Assembly: GCF_006345805.1 (NCBI RefSeq)
Contig: NC_043014.1
Coordinates: 6,386,001-6,450,000 of the forward strand
Direction: 5' to 3'
DNA length: 64,000 nt
From: Octopus sinensis
Lineage: Eukaryota
Part shown: positions 39,766 through 52,990 of the stretch, in pieces
Layout: each line of letters begins with the position of its first letter
How positions within the stretch are numbered: position 1 is the first letter of the stretch
The notes under the pieces: generated by a model
Told to the model about the DNA's origin: nothing
The model's input: only the letters and a program-made list of their open reading frames with translations
Databases searched by the model: none
Translations under genes and position numbers: made by a program

Positions 39766-40788
39766 AATATCAGTGTAGCAAAACGGCGGTGCATCAGCAT
39801 TGCCGCAGCTTTGAGCAGAAACTAAAAAAGATGTATTCTCATCGATTTTACCAAATCGTAAAATTTCGGTAATTTTCGCACTAGTCATCGTGATATCAAT
39901 TTGACGAGAAATGCCGAAATTTGACGAAAAATGTTTCATGAATACAAACAGACAGCGTATTAACGGTAATCTAAGTAGCATTTGCTAATTCTTCATTCCA
40001 ATGCGAATTGTTTTGATTTGCTAAAACTTATTTCAATTCGTTCTTTTAATTCCCCAGCCCTTCAGGTTTTGATTTGATAAAGCGATTTTATTTCTCAAGC
40101 AAAATTCAGGCATTTTGCGTCGTGATATCAATTTGACGAAATCTGCCCCAAAGCGGAAAATTTCGCCATTTTATGCACACGGGTTCGCTACCGGATTCTG
40201 CTCATGTTTTCGTGAAATTGGTCCAAACCCATTAATATAAATTTATTGAATATATCCATGCAATTGTTAGACATTTTCCATTCTTGCATGGATGGTAAGC
40301 CAGGAGTCATTCGCAAATAGTTTTGAGTTCCTTTTTTGACCATTTCTAGTTCTCCCACAATCCCTGTTATTGTAGCTGCATTGAGATTCCACATTATTTT
40401 CGATTTCAATGAGCTTCTCTAATTCATTTGCCCGAATATAAGATCAAAAGGGATATTCATGTCGATCAATGAACAGTGCTTATCCCTTTGGTCTACCCAA
40501 GAATATCCGATTTATTAGCTTTGGTGGATCGGTCAATATGCACTAGAGCGTCCAAAGAATCCCTACATTCGCTCCCCCAGTTACACCCCTATTCTAGTGT
40601 TGCTATAGCTATAACAAAGATTAGTTGAAGCCCTGGAAACCGTAAACATATTGCATAGTAACATGTCATCTATTTTGATTAATGTTCAAATTTTTCGTTT
40701 TATATCAACATCGCAATTTGTGTCAAAGCATCCATCTAGTATGTTATTTTGAATCTTATTCACAATAAAATATATATTTTCTCTACAG

Positions 40789-41103
40789 TGAAATCTTTTG
40801 TCAAAAGTCTTGATCTTATTAATCCAACTCAGAAGGAGGAGAATGAGACTACCCTCAGATGTTTGGCATATGCTTCATCACATGCTAACAAAACTGTCAC
40901 CTTTAGATGGACTGTAGCAAATAAAAACGCTAAACCACAGATAACAGACAAGAAAGTACCACTTCCGAAAACTGACGATCAGTGCATTCCAGTACAGTCG
41001 CTATATCAACACACGGTAACTGACAAAGACAGCGGTGAAACGATTATTGCATGTTCGGCATTTGGCACCATAATTGCAAAAGAAATGAACGACATTGGTG
41101 CAA
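40789..41103 (+). CDS. Ig-family gene 2, exon 3 (C-like Ig domain)
   Basis: ttttctctacag acceptor, gtaagc donor, 315 nt, phase 1-1. LRC...TFRW...IAC. Confidence 0.8.
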
Positions 41104-41697
41104 GTAAGCAAATATTCTTTTTCTTACATTGTTTAGTGTCCATATTTTCTTTAAAGACATTGGTGTCCCACCTTGGCTGCTGTCCAATAACTGTATCAAG
41201 TAAAATCTAAAAGAAAAACAGATATAGGCAGCAATCGCTGCTACATCGTCTCAAAACCACATTACAAGGCATCAGGCCAAAGAAAGAAACTCATCAATCC
41301 ACACTTCAAACATCACATCAGACATCATATCAAACATCACATCAAACACCACATCAAACTACACCTCAGGCATCACATAAATCAACGCATTGTACATCAC
41401 ATCAAACAACGCAACATACACCGTATCAAACAACGTATCAAACATCACGACAAAACACACCAAACATCACATCAAACTTCATATTATACATCATACCGAA
41501 CATCGCATCAAACCACACGACAAATGTATGAAACCAAACAAGACATCACATCAAACTGCACCACGGTGAATGTTTCGGAAAATATGAAAGCCTCTTAGTG
41601 ACAATAAATGTGAATTCAGTTTCTTTGTCAGACACTAAATCCCATGCTTTGATGCACCAAATATTATTCCAGCCTCCCTGATTTTTTGTCTTTACAG

Positions 41698-41816
41698 TAT
41701 CTGGCAGCACCACTTCTTCTCTACCAGATACAGCATGCTTTCTGTCTCCAAAATTTCCCTTCTCTTTCTGGTTCTTGCAAGTTGCCGCTAGCACCATCCC
41801 GTTTTTGCTCCAGTAA
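41698..41816 (+). CDS. Ig-family gene 2, exon 4 (GPI-anchor-signal-like tail)
   Basis: Phase 1. Reads ISGSTTSSLPDTACFLSPKFPFSFWFLQVAASTIPFLLQ*. Exons sum to 103+333+315+119 = 870 nt, a 289-aa open frame. Confidence 0.72.
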
Positions 41817-41941
41817 TTATAAAGAAGGTTTGTTTTCCCATCTTATTCCTTCTAATCTCGCTTCTCCAATGTTGTTTTTTTTATCAGTTTACGTACGTTC
41901 AAGTATACATACATACACACACACACACATACGCACATATA

Positions 41942-42763
41942 TACGTAGTCTGATCAATGAATATCCGGACTGTTGCCATAGTGACGAAGCTTAAGCAGAA
42001 AGAGCAAAGCTTGGAACTCTGCAGTGCGCGCGCACTGAGATTTAACACACTAGTTCGCTTCTGCTGTTTGCAGCAGTGCTTGGAAGGAAGGTGTGTAGCA
42101 TGTACTCTTATCATTGACCATCCATGCGAGAGTAAGTTTTTATGGCGATACATGCCCAGAGACCTACGCAAAGTTGCCGAAAGTGTATGGATAACATTGT
42201 ATGAGCTGCACACAAGTGTTTGGGTGGTTCAGACATTTCCAAGAAGGGCAAAAAAATGTCGATATTGCCGAATGTTCTGGGAGACCCGCAACCAGCAGAT
42301 CGTCCAATCACCATCCGTGTATTATCAGAGGATGTGCAGATTATTTACGGCTCAGCTCATTTCATTATCGCTGAATATTTGGACATGATACGCGCGTCTG
42401 CCAAGTTGGTGCTAAAACTGCTTTCAGCTAACCAAAAGACTTTCGGTTTTCATTTGCACAAGATGTCCTTGATTGTGTCGAGAACGATGAAAACTTTTTG
42501 GAAACTTTGCGTAAGCCCCTGAGCAAGTATCGTCAAGCATTCCGCAAAATTTGATGCAAACTCTCTGCTCAACTTCGTCATGCTTAATGCGACGATCACA
42601 CGCTACACACCTTGCTTCCAAGCACTGCTGTAAACAGCGGAAGTGAGCTAGAAAGTTGAAAGAGCAGAGTCCAAGAACAATATGTGCCAAGCGGTTTCAT
42701 CGTCCGTGCTTTAATTTTGTAGCTATAGCAACAGTCCGGATACTTACTGATCAGACTTACATA
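41942..42763. mobile_element. Defective mariner-type element with TIRs
   Basis: TIR gtctgatcaatgaatatccggactgttgc pairs with gcaacagtccggatacttactgatcagac in TA context; transposase remnants DRPITIR...AKLV and EQRVCIKFC. Confidence 0.75.
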
Positions 42764-42770
42764 TATATTC

Positions 42771-42884
<114 letters not shown>

Positions 42885-43062
42885 CGTTTAAATATTTTGC
42901 CAGTTTAGCCAATAAAAACACACGCACTATATATAGATTAATGTAAAAAATAAATAACACTGAAGCAAAGTAACACCAATATATAGTGCGTGTGTTTTTA
43001 TGGCTAAACTGGCAAAATGACCATTCCGAAATATAACAATATATATATATATATATATATAT

Positions 43063-45440
43063 GATTCATTGATTGATTGATTCTAGTTTCAGCTCACGAG
43101 CTGTGGCCATGCTGGGCACCGCCATTTGGTGTTGCTACATGGTTTTACTTCACGAATGCTTTTTAGCAACTGCCATTTGGTGCATGAGAGAGTTCGATGC
43201 AGCTGCCCTCATCTGAACCTCCTGCCGTGAAGTTGGTTCATCTGGGACACCTGACAGGAAGAGATCCAGTTCATTTTAAGACATCTGCATCCACCCCATG
43301 CAGCTCTTAGGTTCTCGGGAGGATATTGAGAGCTGTGGGCCTCGGAAGCCCAGGCTATCACAGTATCTTGTCCTACATCTTGATGGCAAATTTGAGTTAT
43401 TGGCCCACGCAGTGGCGCCCAGTTCTGGCATGTGTGTAACTCTCGATGCCAAAGTTGGGACAAGTCCTTCCAGGATCTTCCAGATGTATATTATGGCATA
43501 TCTTTCTCGCCTGCGCTCCAAGGAATAGAGTTTTAATCTCTTGAGTCTTTCCCAGTAGCTTATATGCTGCACAGAGGCTATCTTCTTCGTGTAGCTACGT
43601 TGGATCGCTTCAAGGTCTGTGATCAGCTTGGCACTGGATGGTGACCATAGCTGAGAGCAATAGTCAAAATGGCTTAGGGCAAGTGTCCTCCAGAGGACCA
43701 TCATGGTTTCTTGTTCTCTTCTTCTAAAGGTTCTGAGAATCCATCCGGCCAGTCGTCTACATTTCATTGCCAATTTAGCAACATGAACACGAAAGGTTGC
43801 GTCATCACTCATGTAAATACCCAGGTCACGCATTGATTGTGCCTCTGGGATTGCAATTCCTCCAGGTCCAGTGTATTCATTGGGTATTGCATTTAGTTTT
43901 GCATGCTGATAGCATAAAGCTTGAAACTTTTCAGCATTGAACTGCATGCTATTCTTTTCAGCCCACTTGTATATTTTGTCCAGCTCACATTGCAGGCGTT
44001 TAGTGTCCTCAGGGTTCTGTATTGCCTGTGAAACTTTTGTATCATCTGCATAACTTGTGATCGTGGCTCTCTGCGTGGCTGAGGGCATGTCTGAGAGGGC
44101 CATTATGAACAGCAGTGGTCCCAAAACAGTGCCCTGCGGAACACCGCTCACTATTTGCGTGTTAATGAAAGTGGCTCCATTGGCTACTACCAGCTGACTT
44201 CTATCTTTCAGAAAGTCATGAAGCCATCCTCCCCGTTTTCCAACTATGCTAAGATCACGCAGTTTGTGACATATCATTCCATGATCGACTTTATCAAAGG
44301 CCTTTGCAAAGTCGAGATATATCACTTCCACATTTGAGTGGTTGAGCAGTCGTTTCAGCACCCAGTCATAGTGTTGTAGGAGCTGAGTTAAGCAGCTTCT
44401 TCCTGGTCGGAAACCATGTTGGGTGTCAGGCAGCAAGTCATTTTCTTCAAGGAAGGTGATTAGTTTCCTTCTGACTATTCGTTCCATGACTTTGCTGATG
44501 TGTGAGGTCAGAGAGATAGGTCTGTAGTTCTTGGCCTCCGCTCTGCTACCTCCTTTATGAATAGGGCATATTTTACCTTCCTTCAGTTTTCTTGGAAGTT
44601 TGCCAGCTGCAAGGAAGCTCTGAACGGGGAACTGCAGTGGTCTTGCTAGGACTCTCTTACATACTTTTAGAAGGATTGCCGGGAATCCATCGGGGCCAGT
44701 AGCTGAGTCTGTTTTCATTTCATCTATAGCCTTTATTACATCGTCTTCCTTTATATCGATGTAATCTATCGTCGCCGCCTCTGATTTTATATCTGCAGTG
44801 GTAGAGAAGTCAGTTGGATTGGTGATTTGGAAATGCCCAAGGGGTGGAGTGAAAACACTCTTGAATTGCTCATTCAGTATTTCACTTACCCTCATTGGTT
44901 TTCCTGTGAGTGTGCCATCCTTTTCAAGGAGTGGGCCTATCCTACAGTGCACCGTAGCTGTTTCTTTGGCATACCTGTAGAAAGCTCTGGGGTTATAATT
45001 TTATGTTGTCTATAGCCCAGGCTTCTTGTCTGCTCTTTTCCTTTTCATGGGAGAGTTGCAGACATTTTTCAATTTCCAACAGTTTTATTTTCAGGTGGGA
45101 CTTTTCAACAGCTTTCCAATTTGTTTGTTTAGGCGATTGAAATTTTTGTACGCCGTCTCATTAAAATTTTCCTCTCTCTCTGGGGATTTTGTTCTTGGTG
45201 TACAGTGTCCTTTCTCTCTGGGACACATTTGTAGCATATGGCTTGCATTACAGACATGAATTGTTGAAGTTTCACGTCGATGTCTGGCGAGGAGAGACAT
45301 TCAGCAGCCAGTTTTGTTTGAGGATCTCTTTCTCAATTTGTTTCCAGTTTGCCTTATGGAAGTTCAAGCTGGAAAGATTCTGAGGGTTTCTTGTAGGCTG
45401 CATGTCCATGCTTTCCTTTGCCCGTACATGGTCAGCTCTA
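43063..45440 (-). mobile_element. CR1-group LINE with long RT ORF
   Basis: 558-aa ORF 43276-44952 (ATGPDGFPAILLK, NYRPISLTS, YLDFAKAFDKV, GVPQGTVLGPLLF, YADD); (aatc)n tail at ~43063. Confidence 0.93.
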
Positions 45441-45442
45441 CC

Positions 45443-45482
<40 letters not shown>

Positions 45483-45503
45483 TGTGTTGTGTGTGTGTGT
45501 GTG

Positions 45504-45557
<54 letters not shown>

Positions 45558-45820
45558 TACGTTTAAATATTTGTTGTGCAAGATTTTTTTGTGAAGCCGG
45601 TGTGTGTGAAACAGATATTGTTATATTTCGGAATGGTCATTTTGCCAGTTTAGCCAATAAAAACACACGCACTATATATAGATTAATGTAAAAAATAAAT
45701 AACACTGAAGCAAAGTAACACCAAATATATAGTGCCTGTGTTTTTTATTGGCTAAACTGGCAAAATGACCATTCCGAAATATAACACTATATATATATAT
45801 ATATAATATATATATATCAT

Positions 45821-45879
<59 letters not shown>

Positions 45880-45885
<6 letters not shown>

Positions 45886-45963
45886 ATTGAAGAAATGGAG
45901 TTGAACGAAGATTGAACAGATTTCTGTTCAATCTTCGTTCAACTCCATTTCTTCAATTCACTA
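45880..45963. repeat. Perfect 41-bp-arm palindrome
   Basis: 45880-45920 and 45923-45963, 2-nt loop. Confidence 0.9.
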
Positions 45964-46115
45964 ATAATATTAAAATTCAATTATCCGCCCAACGCACGGT
46001 TGCAACACCATATGGTTGTACCTCCAACCGTGCTGTCTTCTGCTGTGATTTTTGCTACCAAGGTATCGGTTAAACTTTTGATTAATCTGCAACAAGATTA
46101 TTCATCTTTCTATTT

Positions 46116-46161
<46 letters not shown>

Positions 46162-46173
46162 TTATATATATAC

Positions 46174-46244
<71 letters not shown>

Positions 46245-46270
46245 AAATATTATATATATATAATATATAT

Positions 46271-46323
<53 letters not shown>

Positions 46324-46351
46324 AAGTTTGTTTGTGAAAGCACGTGGGTGA

Positions 46352-48272
46352 TATATAAGAAAATAATAAAGAGTGAAAAAACGATAGAAGGCTTAAATAA
46401 ATGTTAAAAATATATATATTTGCGTCAATATGTCTGGAGAATATTGGAAATTTTTTTCTCTTCTTATAATGACATAATTTTAATAATTTTTAAAGAAAGA
46501 CCGGTTTCGCATTTAGCTCTTCAAATTTCTTGCGACGTAATGTTTATCTTTAATAGCGTTATCCTTGTTTTTTTGCTACGGAGAGTTCTAAATAAGGGAG
46601 GGTAGTGCGTGATTTCTTCCGGTGTAAGGGAGATAATCGCTTAAAAAATTTTTTTTTCCATTTTCTCTTAGTGTGAACTTCTCTGTATTATTATGTTTGG
46701 ATAGTTGAGTCTGGGTTTGTACTTATCAATGAAGAATGTTTCCTTGTTTTGATGATCCGAAAGCACATTGGTAAAATGGAAAGATTAAAAATTGTGGTTG
46801 TAGTTGCTTTGCGCATTTCTCAATGTGCTCACTAAAAGGTATCATTCTATATTCTGGGAATGCAATCTGTTGTCGATGCAGTGTGCATCTACGTCTGAGT
46901 GATAGTCCCGTGGACCCCACGTAGTCTTGGTGGCAGCCCGAGCATTTTAAAAACCTATTGAACAGCATAAACCCAAATATACAGTTCACAATGGAATACA
47001 ACCAAAAGGAGCTCCCGTTCTTGGATATACTAATTAAAAAAATTAACCTTAAAATAGAAACAGACATTTTCTACAAAGCCACAGACGCCAAACAATACCT
47101 TCTCTTTAATTCATGCCACCCAAGACACACTAAAACAAACATCCCCTTCAACCTTGCAAGAAAGATATGCACAATAGTGTCAGAACAAAATACCAGAACT
47201 TCAGACGCAAGAACTCAAAAACACCTTAATTGACAGACATTACCCAGCTCAACTCATAGAGGATGGGATCAGACGTGCAACAGAATCAACATAGAAACTT
47301 TAAGAAAAGTTCCACAAAACACACCTTCCCCCGACAATACTACCTTACATATCTACATACACCCCAGAAACAAAGAAGCTTTCACCATCATCACACAGAA
47401 TTTACCAATACTTCATAAAACCCCCAAATTAAAGGAAATTCTAAACATACACCAAATCATTAAAACTACAAACAGCCTAAATCACTTAAAAAGATTCTCA
47501 CAAAGGCAAAATTATCTTCTGAAATTACGGATGCAAAAGTAAAAAAATGTGGTAGATCGAACTGTGCAACATGCCTAACCTACTAGAAGGATCAGAATTC
47601 TTCTTTAAAGAGGGACAGAAATTCAAGATCAAATCTAACTTTACTTGTGCCTCTGAAAACATAATTTATGTCATAAAATGCTCGGGCTGCCACCAAGACT
47701 ACGTGGGGTCCACGGGACTATCACTCATACGTAGATGCACACTGCATCGAACAACAGATTGCATTCCCAGAATATAGAATGATACCTTTTAGTGAGCACA
47801 TTGAGAAGCGCAAAGCAACTACAACCACAATTTTTAATCTTTCCATTTTACCAATGTGCTTTCGGATCATCAACACAAATTAGACTAAACAAGGAAACAT
47901 TCTTCATTGAAAAGTACAAACCCAGACTCAACTATCCAACATAATACAGAGAAGTTCACACTAAGAGAAAAAGGAAAAAAAAAATTTTTAAGCGATTATC
48001 TCCCTTACACCGAAGAAATCACGCACTACCTTCCCTTATTTAGAACTCTCCGTAGCAAAAAAACAAGGATAACGCTATTAAAGATAAACATTACGTCGCA
48101 AGAAATTTGAAGAGCTAAATGCGAAACCGGTCTTTCTTAAAATTTAAAATTATGTCATTATAGAAGGGAAAAAAATTTTCCCAATATTCTCCAGACATAT
48201 TGACGCAAATATATATATTCTTTAACATTTAAGCCTTCTATCGTTTTTTCACTCTTTACTATTTCTTATATA
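46352..48272 (+). mobile_element. Penelope-like element 3' part with ~600-bp inverted repeat
   Basis: RT C-terminus NSINPNIQFTME...LPFLD; GIY-YIG NIIYVIKCSGCHQDYVGST; 46352-46949 is the reverse complement of 47674-48272. Confidence 0.88.
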
Positions 48273-48311
48273 CATATATATTATATATATATATATATAT
48301 TATATTATATA

Positions 48312-48342
<31 letters not shown>

Positions 48343-48462
48343 AATATATATATATATATATTATATATATATATAATATATATATATATAGTATATATAT
48401 ATATATCTATATATATATATGTATATATATGTATATATATATTATATATAATATATATATTA

Positions 48463-48614
<152 letters not shown>

Positions 48615-48630
48615 AATATAATATTATATC

Positions 48631-48662
<32 letters not shown>

Positions 48663-48667
48663 ATATA

Positions 48668-48850
48668 GTGGAAGCTCCAACGGCCCAGTGGTTAGGGCGT
48701 GGACTAGCAGACGTAGGATCGCGGTTTCAATTACCAGACCGGGGCGTTGTGTGTGTTTATTGAGCGAAAACACCTAAAAAGCTCCATGAGACTCCGGCAG
48801 TGGGTGGCGATACCTGCTGTACTCTTTCACCACTCTTTCTCTCTTCTGTT
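48668..48850 (+). mobile_element. tRNA-derived SINE, 5' part
   Basis: ggcccagtggttagggc...ggtttcaattaccagaccggg...aaaacacctaaaaagctcc. Confidence 0.7.
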
Positions 48851-48984
48851 GGCCTGCTCGCTTCGCCAGCGGGATGGCGTCGTTCGAAAGCTAAAACAAT
48901 GGGAAGCGCGATGTGTAGCAACATCTGATGGTCTGGTCGATCATGTGATCACGTGATATATATATATATTCTCTCTCTTTCACT

Positions 48985-49412
48985 CTATTACTTGTTTGAG
49001 TCATGTGACTGTGGTCATGCTGGAGAAACGCCTTTAGTCGAGCAAATCGATCCCAGGACTTATTCTTTGTAAGCCTAGTACTTATTCTATCGTTCTCTTT
49101 TACGGAACCGCTATGTTGTGGGGACGTAAACACAACAGCATCGGTTGCCAAACGATGTTGGGGAGACAAACACAGACATACAAACATATACACACAAACA
49201 CACACACACACAAACACGCACACATATATATATATATGTATATACATATATACGACGGCTTTTTTTCAGTTTCCGTCTACCAAATCCACTCACAAGACTT
49301 TGGTCGGCCCCAGGCTATAGTAGAAGACACTTGCCCAAGGACCCACGCTGTGGGACTGAACCCGGAACCATGCGGTTCGTAAGCAAGCTACTTACCACAC
49401 AGCCACTCCTAC
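48985..49412 (-). mobile_element. Second SINE family copy
   Basis: Reverse complement of the 17011-17400 family. Confidence 0.8.
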
Positions 49413-49963
49413 ATATATATATGTATATATGTATGTATTATGTATGTATGTATGTATATATGTATGTATGTATCGGTATAGAATGGCATTGTCAAACAAG
49501 GCAGGGTACTTATTAATGTCTTTTAAAACGTATACAGAAGTCTAGCAAAAATATCTGGCGGGTTGATATCTCTCCAGATAATCCTAATGTGAGAGTAGTT
49601 ATAGTTGTAGCGGTTCTTCATCTCCTTATTCCTTTTCCAATGTCCTCTGTTTCCTTTCATTAATCAATACCTTTCTCATTTTCCCTATTTGTCTCTGATG
49701 ACGGAATATCTCATACACTGGGATATCCCCCGAAACAGCTGTAAAACTTTGATTTTTTTTCAATAGTGTTGCCTTAACGGTTGTTATCCTTTTTAACAAT
49801 TACATATCCACTATATCGGAAATCTACGATGGCCCCATAACTACCGTCTCTGCTATAAACTTGGAGCACTAGTAATCCCTTACAGCACTTACCTAGCCTA
49901 CCTAGTACCTAGTCGTTGAGATCACCTTTGAACTATACCCCCATACGTTGTATATATATATAT

Positions 49964-50570
49964 AAACATGTCTGCAGATGTCTGACCAGCAAGGTGAAGC
50001 AGCTGACCTCCCCTGTTCGAAGGTTGTAATGGACGCAGGTTCGTGTGTCATATAGCTAGCTTGAGGCGATGGCCTCTTGGAGCTAATCAGCGACAGCTTT
50101 AGTCTTATATTTATGGACTGCCATATTAGTTTGGCGATAACTATTAATATCCAGTAACACTGCCGTGATCTCCTTTAGAGAGACTTAGTAATTTTAATAT
50201 TTCTATTATTGAAAACAAGTGGATGTATTCCACTGTAACTAGATAAATAAAATCTTCGAACAGACGGTCGGTAGCGACACCTGCTGGGTCTGACTACGCT
50301 GCATTGATAAAGGGCAACAACCCTGAAACATGACTGCAGATGACTGACCAGCAAGGTGAAGCGGCTGACCTCCCCTGTTCGAAGGTTGTAAAGGACGCAG
50401 GTTCGTGTGTCATATAGCTAGCTAGAGGCGATGGCCTCTTGGAGCTAATCAGCGACAGCTTTAGACTTATATTTATGGACTGCCATATTAGTTTGGCGAT
50501 AACTATTAATATTCAGTAACGCTGCCGTAATCTCCTTTAGAGAGACTTAGTAATTTTAATATTTCTATTA
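49964..50570 (+). repeat. 362-bp-period direct repeat carrying a minimal hammerhead-like motif
   Basis: 49964-50209 repeated at 50326-50570; motif CTGCA-TTGATAA-AGGG..CCCT-GAAA-CATG-AC-TGCAG at 50299-50339. Confidence 0.75.
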
Positions 50571-50578
50571 TATATATA

Positions 50579-51089
50579 TCTATATATATAAAACTGTAGT
50601 TGTGTGAGTGTCTGTCCCCTTCGATTTAGATTCCTAACTACTCCCACATTTTGGGGTGCAGTTTAACCAAATTCGGGTATCTTATAGTCGTGATTCATAT
50701 CGAGCCCGTCTGAGTATTAGCGCGCGTCTACGATGAGTCTACGATTTTAAAAATAATTTAACATCATTTTTATTCCATTTTAATGCATAATTTTTCGTGT
50801 GTCGATGGCGGTGGAGTTGGCGTCCATCGTCACACCTGCACCTGTTTGCTTCTCCCCCTTCTTCCATCCCTCGTGAAGCTGTGGGGAAGGAAATGTAAGG
50901 AAATCAACGTCGTAAAGCGTTGTCAAGGAGACCAGCGTTCTTTTAGAACAACGACTTCATGGCTTGAAGACACCAAAACAGAAATAGCTAAGAAAGCCCG
51001 AATTGGCATCTGTAAGGGAAGTAACTCTCTAAAAATGCTTATATAGTTATTTCCCTTACAAACCCGAGCAACACCGGGCGATACTGCTA

Positions 51090-51090
<1 letters not shown>
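50579..51090 (+). mobile_element. Helitron-like copy 2
   Basis: a|TCTATATATAT...GCGATACTGCTAG|t; different internal segment at ~50780-51010. Confidence 0.8.
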
Positions 51091-51140
<50 letters not shown>

Positions 51141-52239
51141 ATATATATATATGAGTGTGTGTGTCTGTGTCTGTGTCTGTGTGTATGACTACTTTCAGTT
51201 TCTGTTTCCTTAATTATCATTGATAAGGTTTTGGTCAGCCCGAGACTAGAATAGCAGGAATTTGCTCAATAAGAATGATCAAAATGGCGTTCGTTTTCCT
51301 CTAATTTCTTCGTATATATTTCTATGGTTACAGGTGTATTCGTTGTTTAGTGCTCGAACGATTTGGACAATGGGATGTGGATAAGATTCATCCAATCGCA
51401 AAAAAAAGGTCGAGAAAATATTTAGGAAAGTAAGTAAATGATAATAATAGAAATGGAAAACTCAATTTATTACAAAATTTGAAATAAAGAAATTGGAAAA
51501 CTGGAACGTTGTCTCCTTAAATAAAATGTTTTATTGTATTAAAATTTATCCCGTTTCTCACGTACATAAATGTATGCATATATATATATGTATATATGTG
51601 TTCGTATAAATGTGAGTTTATGTAGGTGTTTATGCCTGTATATATATATATATATATAGATATATATATATATATTAATAAATTTTAGGGTAGAAAAATT
51701 TTCCGCTACCAGCGGTCCAGTGAGAAGGAAAAAAATAGTCAATAGACTATATATATACATTCAAACATATAAGGGATGGCTATAATGGGACATCCGACTC
51801 ACTAGAAAGAGCAGCTAAACTCCAAACCACTAATAGTTGTAATTCTGAAATGGAAAGAGAAATAAAAACGTTTAACCTTTCCTTTCTGGACTATGCATAG
51901 TTTCGGCAATCTTTTGTAAATAAAATAAATTTATTTACCACTGGCGTTGCACTCTTATTTGTAATGTTGGCAAATGAAATAAGGATAAGAATGAGCATTG
52001 TCAGTTTAATTGGAAGATTCTATATGTGGCTGAAGATTGCTCGACATTTTAAAACTGATGTAATACAGTGTTTAATAAAATGAAGTAGCATGAAACAATT
52101 GTACTACTCTACCTTGGATATCCTTGTTGCTTATTTTGATTATAATCAACCCATTTGATTTATATGGATAATACCATACAAAATTCTGGTGCCTGTAATT
52201 TAAGACCCATATACATCTGAATCTAAATTTTGCTGAACT

Positions 52240-52269
<30 letters not shown>

Positions 52270-52277
<8 letters not shown>

Positions 52278-52990
52278 CTTCTTCATAGAAGGTGTATCGT
52301 TCATGGAAGGTGAACGATGCGCCTTCCATTGAAGAAATAAATCTGGCATTATGTAAACTGGGATCAGGTAAAGCACCTGGATTGGATGGTATTCCAGGTG
52401 AAATTCTGAAAGCAGGTGGAGATCATATTTCATCTGAAATTCATAAACTGGTAACTCGAGTTTGGAATGAATCCTTCTGTGCCACAAGAATGGATAAATG
52501 GCATTCGAATCTCTGTATACAAGTGTAAGAGGCCGAAAGCAGTGCGCGGTAATTCTAGAATGATAACTCTCGTGCTACGTACGGGGAAGATACTTTCAAG
52601 GATCATGTTAGATCGTCTCGTTGAGAATGTCTCCACATGTGATTCCTGAAGAACAGTGTGGTTTCAGACCTGAGCGAGGAACAATGGACGGGATATTTTC
52701 TGAGGCAGGTTCGAGAGAAATGCTTAGAGGAACAAATGCCTCCATACCAGGTCTTCATAGATTTAACTAAGGCATTTGGCACGGTAAACAGGGAGGTACT
52801 GTGGATTGTTTTGTGTAAACTTGGTTGTCCAACACATTTTGTGGGCATTTTTAAGGAACTATTCAGAAGCATGAGAGCTCGGGTAGTCTTTAATGGTAAG
52901 CTGTCTCATGACTTTTCGGTGGACAACGGTGTCAAACAGGGAGATATTCCTGACCCCACACTTTTCGCCATTTTGCTGCATTACTTTGGT
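52270..52990 (+). mobile_element. RTE-clade LINE RT fragment
   Basis: KAPGLDGIPGEILK, QVREKCLE, FIDLTKAF, GVKQG. Confidence 0.8.
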
